Both the position numbers and the translations under genes were made by a program. Under the pieces are notes generated by a model. That model made no database searches and had not been told where the DNA came from. It saw nothing but the letters and a program-made list of their open reading frames with translations. From Laetmonice hystrix (taxonomy: Eukaryota): a stretch of 64,000 nucleotides of DNA. This document shows, one piece after another, positions 57,001 through 64,000 of the stretch. The stretch lies in assembly GCA_965235115.1 (NCBI GenBank), contig OZ249436.1, forward strand, positions 16,058,001-16,122,000, given 5' to 3'. Position 1 is the first letter of the stretch, and each line of letters opens with the position of its first letter.

Positions 57001-57203
57001 CACCACGCCAACCCGTAATGGTCTACCAACCATGTGTAAAGACTTAAACTGTTGAATTAGTCCGGCTGAGCGCCTAACAGATTCCATCTATGTAAAGTGT
57101 CTCTGTTTTTCAGATGTGGCGACAGCTGCCAAGGTGTACATAGACTGTATCTATGCCCTGTCACAGACGGCCCAGGTGTGTAAAGGGGCAACCAGTGAAA
57201 TAG
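50997..57203 (+). CDS. BAIAP2: I-BAR/IMD-domain gene, IRSp53/BAIAP2 family, coding exons 1-3 (5' partial model; continues beyond the window)
   Basis: MTMTESEKVHFLTEGIYR | NLMDNFNPGIRQLISTGRAFQKALH | HVATAAKVYIDCIYALSQTAQVCKGATSEIG parallels human MSLSRSEEMHRLTENVYK | TIMEQFNPSLRNFIAMGKNYEKALA | GVTYAAKGYFDAL...SKELG. The symbol is family-level only. Confidence 0.85.
52710..52775. repeat. (CT)n/(CTGT)n microsatellite
   Basis: Direct reading; a similar tract lies at 60303-60383. Confidence 0.85.
52898..52973 (+). CDS. BAIAP2: BAIAP2-like exon 2 (76 nt)
   Basis: TTGTTACAG acceptor; FNP motif; C|GTAAGT donor. Confidence 0.88.
54664..55155. mobile_element. Kolobok-like MITE (TTAA TSD)
   Basis: TTAA|AGGTAATATGTCAC ... 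GTGACATATTTCCT|TTAA; purine-purine termini, unlike the CCC ends of piggyBac. Confidence 0.75.
56620..56920. repeat. 24-bp minisatellite, about 12 copies
   Basis: Unit GAGTGATTGATTGAATCAATGGGT; accounts for the repetitive ORF 56628-56972. Confidence 0.93.
57114..57203 (+). CDS. BAIAP2: BAIAP2-like exon 3 (90 nt)
   Basis: TTTTTCAG acceptor; GATSEIG; G|GTAAGT donor. Confidence 0.85.
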
Positions 57204-57224
57204 GTAAGTTTATACTGAGCCTTA

Positions 57225-57469
57225 AGGCCTGTACCCACTAGCGCGTTTTACCGCTGCGGTCCACGCTGAGCGACAAAACGCGCTCGTGGGTTCAGACCTT
57301 CGGCAAGCACCACCGCCTTCAGGAGATATGTGGACATTTCCGAATTACGTGGGAGTCCGAATTTTATCACGATGAATACAACAATTACAGCTAAAGGCCT
57401 GAACCCACTAGCGCGTTTTGTCGCTCAGCGTGGCCCGCAGCGGTATAACGCGCTAGTGGGTACAGGCCT
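57225..57469. mobile_element. PIF/Harbinger MITE
   Basis: TIR AGGCCTGTACCCACTAGCGCG; perfect TTA TSD; each end is itself a hairpin. Confidence 0.85.
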
Positions 57470-57658
57470 TTATACATATCCAAAAACCGACGCGCCTGGC
57501 CAAATTTGCACACCGCAGCTTTTTGTCGAAGTAGAGCTGTGGAATGACACGTATAGCGGAAACCGTCTTTGACTCTCCGGTCTCAGAAGATTGGTCCCTT
57601 AAAAGGACATAGTGTGCTTTCACACAAATCGCGATAATTAATCCCTGACCGCACATCA

Positions 57659-58467
57659 AGGTCTGGGCACACATGGACGTCGAGCGTCGAGCGTCAGGCG
57701 TCCTGACACGCGTCAAAACCTCTGTGGTCGGGCACACATCCGCGCAGGTCTGGCGTCAACATTTGTCGCGCTCCGTCCTGCCATCAGATCGTTGAACGAC
57801 GCACGAGTGACATACGACTAACACACGAGTACAGACGAGTACATACGACTAACACATGAGTACAGACGAGTGACATACGAGTACATACGAGTGACATACG
57901 AGTAACATACGAGTAACATGAATACATACGAGTATATACGAGTACCAGACGAGTGATTACGAGTAGGCCATACGGTATACCCAACCCCCGATTTTTCGAA
58001 AATATTGAAGTCTGAGTCTCGCGCAATTTCACTCAACTTCAATCAACTGTGAAAAGTGGAGTGAAGTTAAAAAGAGTTGAGTGAAGTGGAGTGAACCCCA
58101 GACTGAAGTATTTTGGAGAAACCGGGGGTTTTATCATAGATGATCGGGAGTTTCTCCACTTCAACGATGAAGTTTTCGGTGACACTCGCCATTGTCATGT
58201 GTTTTGATGGTTGGGAATCTACTAGACTGTGTATCATGTTCCTTTCCGGGAGAATTTTCAGGGCATTACCCTCTGATTGGCTCGTCGGGGTTTTTGACGC
58301 GCGACAGAGCGTCAAAAATGCTCCCAGAGCCAATCTCAGTTTTGACGTGCGTCACCGCGCCGCCCATATGTGAACGGTGTAATGGAAAACCATACTGAGC
58401 ATTCAGAGCGTCATTTTCAGACAGACGCTTGCCGCTCGACGCTTGACGCCCATGTGTGTCCAGGCCT
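57659..58467 (-). mobile_element. Harbinger deletion derivative with a MADF-domain remnant
   Basis: About 45-bp TIRs AGG(T/C)CTGG(G/A)CACACATGG...; TCA/TTA flanks; minus-strand MASVTENFIVEVEKLPIIYDK at 58192-58123; ACGAGTGACAT repeats at about 57800-57965. Confidence 0.75.
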
Positions 58468-58496
58468 TTACGCCGCCTCATCTTTACAGCACGTAA

Positions 58497-59098
58497 AGGC
58501 CTCCACACACTTGGGCAGTTCACGCCGCGATTTGACGTCGCGTGAAACGCCCGGCGTAACCACTGGGCGTTTCGCCGTGCGATACATGGTTCCCACTTGC
58601 GCGGAAAACGCACGCGGTCATCGCTGGCTGTTTGTAAAAGGGCAAAATGCAAATTGCAATATGTCATACTGTTTCTGTGCATATTTATAGGAGGGACATT
58701 GTTTGCCGTATAGGCAGGGATTCTTCTCGGTTTCCACTATCAACTGTTCGGTTTTCTGGTCCTCTTCCTTCCGCCCCACCCTGCTGGCTGCTAGATGGTA
58801 AAATGGAATACAGATCACCCAGGGATCATCAGGTGCAAGGTGGTCTGACCACAGATACTGGATGCCTATTGGCTGAATGGATGATCGGTCGAGGCAACAC
58901 GCCGCGTGATACGCACAGAAACCTATTCTGAGGTTTCGGTCATTTCACGCTGCGGTCGCAATGCGTGTTTTTTTTACGCCAAGCCGAAGTGTGTGGTTTC
59001 CCATTGTAATTCTATTATGGGTTATAACGCGTTTTCGCGACGCGTTTCACGCGACGTCAAATCGCGGCGTGAACTGCCCAAGTGTGTGCTGGAGGCCT
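58497..59098 (-). mobile_element. Second Harbinger deletion derivative with a MADF-domain remnant
   Basis: About 55-bp TIRs AGGCCTCCA...GTCGCGTGAAACGC; TAA/TTA flanks; minus-strand TEQLIVETEKNPCLYGKQCPSYKYAQK at about 58770-58660. Confidence 0.78.
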
Positions 59099-60309
59099 TT
59101 ACTCTTTCAATCTGTACATTATGAGGTTTACATGATTACAACTAATAAGTAAGAAATCCAGGAACCAGGTTTGTCCCACAATGATGAAATAAATCTGGTC
59201 TCTTCTAAAGGAAGCGAACTTTTGCCCGGGGGAGTCGCTCCCACTGCCCCCCCCCCCCGGTCGCGATGTTTTCTTTCCCAAACAGGTTTGCCATTTCGTT
59301 CAATCCAATGCCGAGTAGGACGCACGTGACAGTTAGCCTAGCTGCTCTCAACTGTGTTGGAATATCACTATCCTTACCGTAAATCCATAAGAGTTAATAA
59401 CCAATGCTATCCCTAACTCTAACCCTAACTCTAACCCTTTTGGAACAATTTGACTCCAAGCGTCATGGCAAACCTGTTTGGGAAAAAAATGTCGCCCCCG
59501 GTCGTGATCACGGACCTGGGAAATATTTTGGTACACACTTTGAAGTTGAGCGAATCGTGTACTAAAAAGGGCGCAGGGGCCTGTAAGGACTTTTTCAACT
59601 ATGCCTCGCCCAGGGAATATATAAAGTAACATTTTTAAAAATTGATTGAAGTGTTTGAAGAAATGGAATACCAAGAGCAGATTATAAAGTAGACCTTTTT
59701 AGTTATAAAAATCTGGGTCACTGCTGGGTGAACCTGACGGAAGGACTTGATATAGGGTGACCAGATGTTGCATAATGTTTAATTTTTGGCCAGGTGTGTT
59801 TGAAAGGAATTCTGTCCAGAGGTTAGACGTCAGAGCCAGATGGGTGAACACAGTATACAGATCAGCTTCTCCTGTCACATATATTATGGTGGTAACACGG
59901 AGTTGTCTGACACACTACTTGTATAACGGTCCTGGCCAATCGGATTAGGTACAAACACGGGAAACTGTTGGTCGTTCTGGCACAGCTGTGAATGTGAGGG
60001 GTCACATCAGGAGTCGCTGTGGAAACAAAACAAAAATAAAACAGTATGTTGTTGTCGTAGATCTTTCAGAATCAGAAGTGCATGACAAGGAATCTAGCGG
60101 CTAAACCTTCTCTAAGAATTATTATAATAGGCCTAGGACTATTTCGCTTGCCTAATATAGGTTGCAGGGATGGCGGAACTAAAGAAAACAAAACCCCCCA
60201 TCAACAATCCCTTTTCTACTCTCTCTAAGTTTGGCCACCAAGATAAGGCAGTGTAATCGTTCCTAGCCCCCTCTTGACAAAATCGGTGGATGCATCCAAC
60301 ATCTCTGTC

Positions 60310-60354
<45 letters not shown>

Positions 60355-61027
60355 GTCTCTCTCTCTCGCTCTCTCGCTCTCTCAATTTTATTATACGTTT
60401 ATCAAGCCGGTGTCCATACGATCTGTATCGTGTTCAAATGACCACTTTACTGTATGGTAATTGTCCAACTGACGGGAGATATGGCCAATCTGTTGTGTGG
60501 CTGTAGAGCTCATTAGCTAGCCCCTTTCCTGCGGACATTATGGCAGGGTAGTGAGGAGAATATGGAAAGGAAGTATCATTGTTGTAAACACTTTTCCAGA
60601 GATTCTGATAGTAGTTAATCCACAATAATCAAGCCTCGCTATAAATGTATTTGTCATAATCGCTTCTATAAAGGATTGCCCAATAATGAATCACACAGAA
60701 GAAATATGATCCACATCAAAGAAAGTGTTAGTATTTATACTAGTATCGCGTTTTGATGACTTTAATATATGTTGAGACGGCGGCGGGGGCCTTGCCTGAC
60801 CACAGCCTAACCCAATTTAATCAATAATCCGGTTTAGATTTTTGGGAAGTGGATTTACATCTTTTTTTGGTTCTTGTTGGCATTGACCGTAGTAAAGAAA
60901 TAAAAAAAAGCGGGGGGGGGGGGGTTCTCGATAACATCAGTGGCTAAATCCTCCGTGTTCGTAACCTGAATTGTCAAAAGGGCGTTGCCTCTTTACCCTT
61001 TGACAAACATGGAATGTTGTGGTGAAA

Positions 61028-61592
61028 GTAGTTACACACATCTTAGTTAGGTAATGTTGAGATTAATAACGCGGTTCAAGCTCCAGCCAAGTAGTTACAC
61101 ACAGCTTAGTTAGGTAATGTCGAGATTAATAACGCGGTTCAAGCTCCAGCCAAGTAGTTACACACATCTTAGTCAGGTAATATCGAGATTAATAACGCGG
61201 TTCAAGCTCCAGCCAAGTAGTTACACACAGCTTAGTTAGGTAATATTAAGATTAGTAACGCGGTTCAAGCTCCAGCCAAGTAGTTACACACAGCTTAGTT
61301 AGGTAATATCGAGATTAATAACGCGGTTTAAGCTCCAGCCAAGTAGTTACACACATCTTAGTTAGGTAATGTTGAGATTAATAACGCGGTTCAAGCTCCA
61401 GCCAAGTAGTTACACACATCTTAGTTAGGTAATATCGAGATTAATAACGCGGTTTAAGCTCCAGCCAAGTAGTTACACACATCTTAGTTAGGTAATGTTG
61501 AGATTAATAACGCGGTTTAAGCTCCAGCCAAGTAGTTACACACATCTTAGTTAGGTAATATCGAGATTAATAACGTGGTTCAAGCTCCAGCC
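61028..61592. repeat. 63-bp minisatellite, about 9 copies
   Basis: Unit GTAGTTACACACATCTTAGTTAGGTAATGTTGAGATTAATAACGCGGTTCAAGCTCCAGCCAA; stops in all six frames. Confidence 0.96.
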
Positions 61593-62640
61593 TAGTTCAC
61601 CCAAGGTTCATATTATCGTTGTCAGAGTACATTATTTATAAGGTTGTATGGGTGCAATGTGTGCACAAACCCCTTTGGTGTATGTGCAGAAGCCTGGGAG
61701 TGGCCCACACCCGGGCCCCACTTTGTGTATACTACTAACTGTGTGTCCGCGACAACATCGCTTCGCGGTGTACAATACACTCTGTCATGATCCATACAAT
61801 CAGGCACACCCGTTTTCACTGCAAATGGGTTTCCTAGGTGCAATGTGTACTAAGGTATAACTACGCCGTCATTTGTTTGATGAATAACCCTGAAACCCAA
61901 TGCGAAACCTTTAAAACCTTCACTGTATTTTTTTTAATGGAGAACATATTGCTTGTAGAAGAGGGGAAGTGGTGACTGGAATTTCTAGACGTATCCGCGG
62001 GTTTTAAGTGTTTGAGTGGTTCTGCTGTAGCGGCCACACCCAGCAGTGTTCAGGTGACGGCGTGATGGCTTTACCCGGCCCGTCTCGCCCAGGTGTGGCT
62101 GCCTGGTGGTTCTATACAGGTGTGATTTGATCAGATGCACCATCAATGTCATGTTCAGTGTCGCGGTTATAGTTGACGATGTCTCCCTCGCACGTTACCC
62201 TTCACCGCTATAGCTTACCTGAGAATTTCTTTGAGGACAAGGGGGATGTCATCTTGATTCTTAGCCCGGTACTCGACCTGTAAGTGTAATGAGGACAGCA
62301 CCAGCGGCCACAGCCAGATAAGACAATGGGCGTAAGATGAGTTGAGAAGAAAGGGTTGAAAAATCCCGACAATCTACCTGTTATCTTCTTGTTGCTATAG
62401 TTTCTGCTCCTATGGCAGTGACATAGACTATATACTGAAAAGAACAAGGGGGGAAACAATTAACAACAGAAGATGCATGCTCTATGTCAAAAAAGGAAAT
62501 ATCACTCTGTTCATATTTTTTTATTTCGTTTTCGGTTGATCGAGGATTTTGAGGGTGGTTGAAGAATCATTTACAGAGCACTCGACACCTGAAATCCCGT
62601 GCCGGTTCTGTCATTATCACTTTTATGCAATGACAAACTG

Positions 62641-62978
62641 CACTGGGGGATCCAGGGGGGCCCAAGGGGCCCGGGCCCCCCTTAAATTTTCCTTTTCCCC
62701 GCTTTTTTGTAAGAAGATGCATTATTCGGACCCTGAAACCAGTATTCCAACAAAATTCTGTAAAAAAAAGCCTCCTATATTGTATGTGATAGTAACATCG
62801 GGCCCAATATGGCCTCCTCAGTCATCCAGGAGCAACATAACTCTGGGCCATGCAGCATTGAAATAGACCAAAAGGGGCCCAAAATGGACATAATTACAAT
62901 AAAATTATGCAGAGCGTAGCGAGGCTAAAATTTTTTTTAGGTGGGCCCCCCCTTATCAAAATCCTGGATCCCCCACTG
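62641..62978. mobile_element. MITE with 6-bp TSD (hAT6-like)
   Basis: TIR CA(C/G)TGGGGGATCCAGG; AAACTG duplicated on both sides. Confidence 0.78.
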
Positions 62979-64000
62979 AAACTGTGATTGGTCGAGAAGC
63001 TGTAACTGGTGGTCACGGAGAGCTGCTGTAAGGGGATGTAGGCCTACATTTATAGCCAGGATTAATGTGTGTGAATCCCAAGCATAACACCTTGAGGAAC
63101 TGGCTGCTGACATCTTTCTGACAGTCTCCGCGAAGACGTAGTCAGGTATTGATAGAGGACTGACAGAAACGTCGAATCGATAGTGTGCGTACTGACCTGG
63201 TCACGAGGACTGATGGTGGTGTCAATATTGGCCCTAACTTCGCTTTCAACACACAGGGCCTATAGCTGAGCCAGTGTTCAAATTGGTGTGTATCCGAATC
63301 AAAATTGTTGATGAATGTTGCTTGCAAGTATTATGTCATACAATGTGAGCCACTAATCTAGTAACTATAGCTGTAGTAACTATAACAGATGTACTTCAAC
63401 AAGAACATTCTGTGCGGGTACGTTTTTTGTTGACCATAGTCCTATACGCTATAATAACGTAAAGTGAGATGAGAATCAAAATTAATCGCCCTGGTGCAAC
63501 ACAATGCGAGATTAGGTGGGGGTTCTCTCCTGCCGTGAGAAGACAATCAATACATGCATGTCACAGCTGATATCCCTAATTACGAATTCCAATCAGACCC
63601 TGCAGCCATTTATATTGCTGGGTCAGTACGTGTGCTCAGAGCTGAGAGACATTGGTCATTATTATGTTCATGCTGGACTGGTATTGGTTTTAGGTAGAAA
63701 CTAGTTTCTTTGTAAAGGCAGGGGCGGATTAAGGATTTGCACGCAAGACAACGCAGCTAAAAACGCAGACTTGATTTTCGCTTAGCTTCGTTTTTACTGC
63801 GCACTGGTGCACGATGATGCCCCAACGCATGAAAATTGCACGCTAGATCTGCGTTTACTTAGGGGTTACCCGCGTTTAGTTGGGTTTACCTGCATAGAAA
63901 CGCAGGTAAACCCAATGTCTGCGTATTTAAAAAAACGCAGACGAATTTTAAACAAGTTTAAAAACTGCGTAATTTCTTCTGCTCTCTCTATGCTCTCTGC

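Noticed and set aside
61028-61592. 63-bp (21-codon) repeat as a coding repeat
   Set aside because: The consensus unit has stops in all six frames.
57204-64000. BAIAP2-like exon 4
   Set aside because: No segment resembling DVLFQMAEVHRQI with proper splice sites was found; it probably lies beyond the window.

Overview
Eukaryotic (animal, probably marine invertebrate) genomic DNA. From left to right: (1) an orphan promoter-like island at about 2.0-2.6 kb. (2) A full-length, very young Ty3/Gypsy LTR retrotransposon on the minus strand (3215-11791), with 821-bp LTRs that read identical by eye, a tRNA-His PBS, a PPT, gag, protease and RT-RNaseH-integrase. It carries an unusual third ORF (acidic N-terminus, two C2H2-type zinc fingers, coiled coil; not env-like) and a tandem array of PBS/LTR-end copies in its leader. 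(3) A repeat-rich, partly decayed stretch at 12-18 kb. (4) A complete 32-coding-exon USP7 gene on the minus strand (18099-37167, 1084 aa; all exon phases reconcile). (5) Head-to-head with it, 2.1 kb away, a complete 4-exon HAPSTR1/C16orf72 gene on the plus strand (39266-45007, 266 aa). (6) The first three coding exons of an I-BAR/IMD gene of the IRSp53/BAIAP2 family (plus strand, from 50997, continuing past the window). Introns and spacers hold many non-autonomous DNA transposons (hAT, PIF/Harbinger with MADF remnants, Tc1/mariner-like, Kolobok-like) and several minisatellites. All calls come from manual reading and remembered family motifs; no database search was run.
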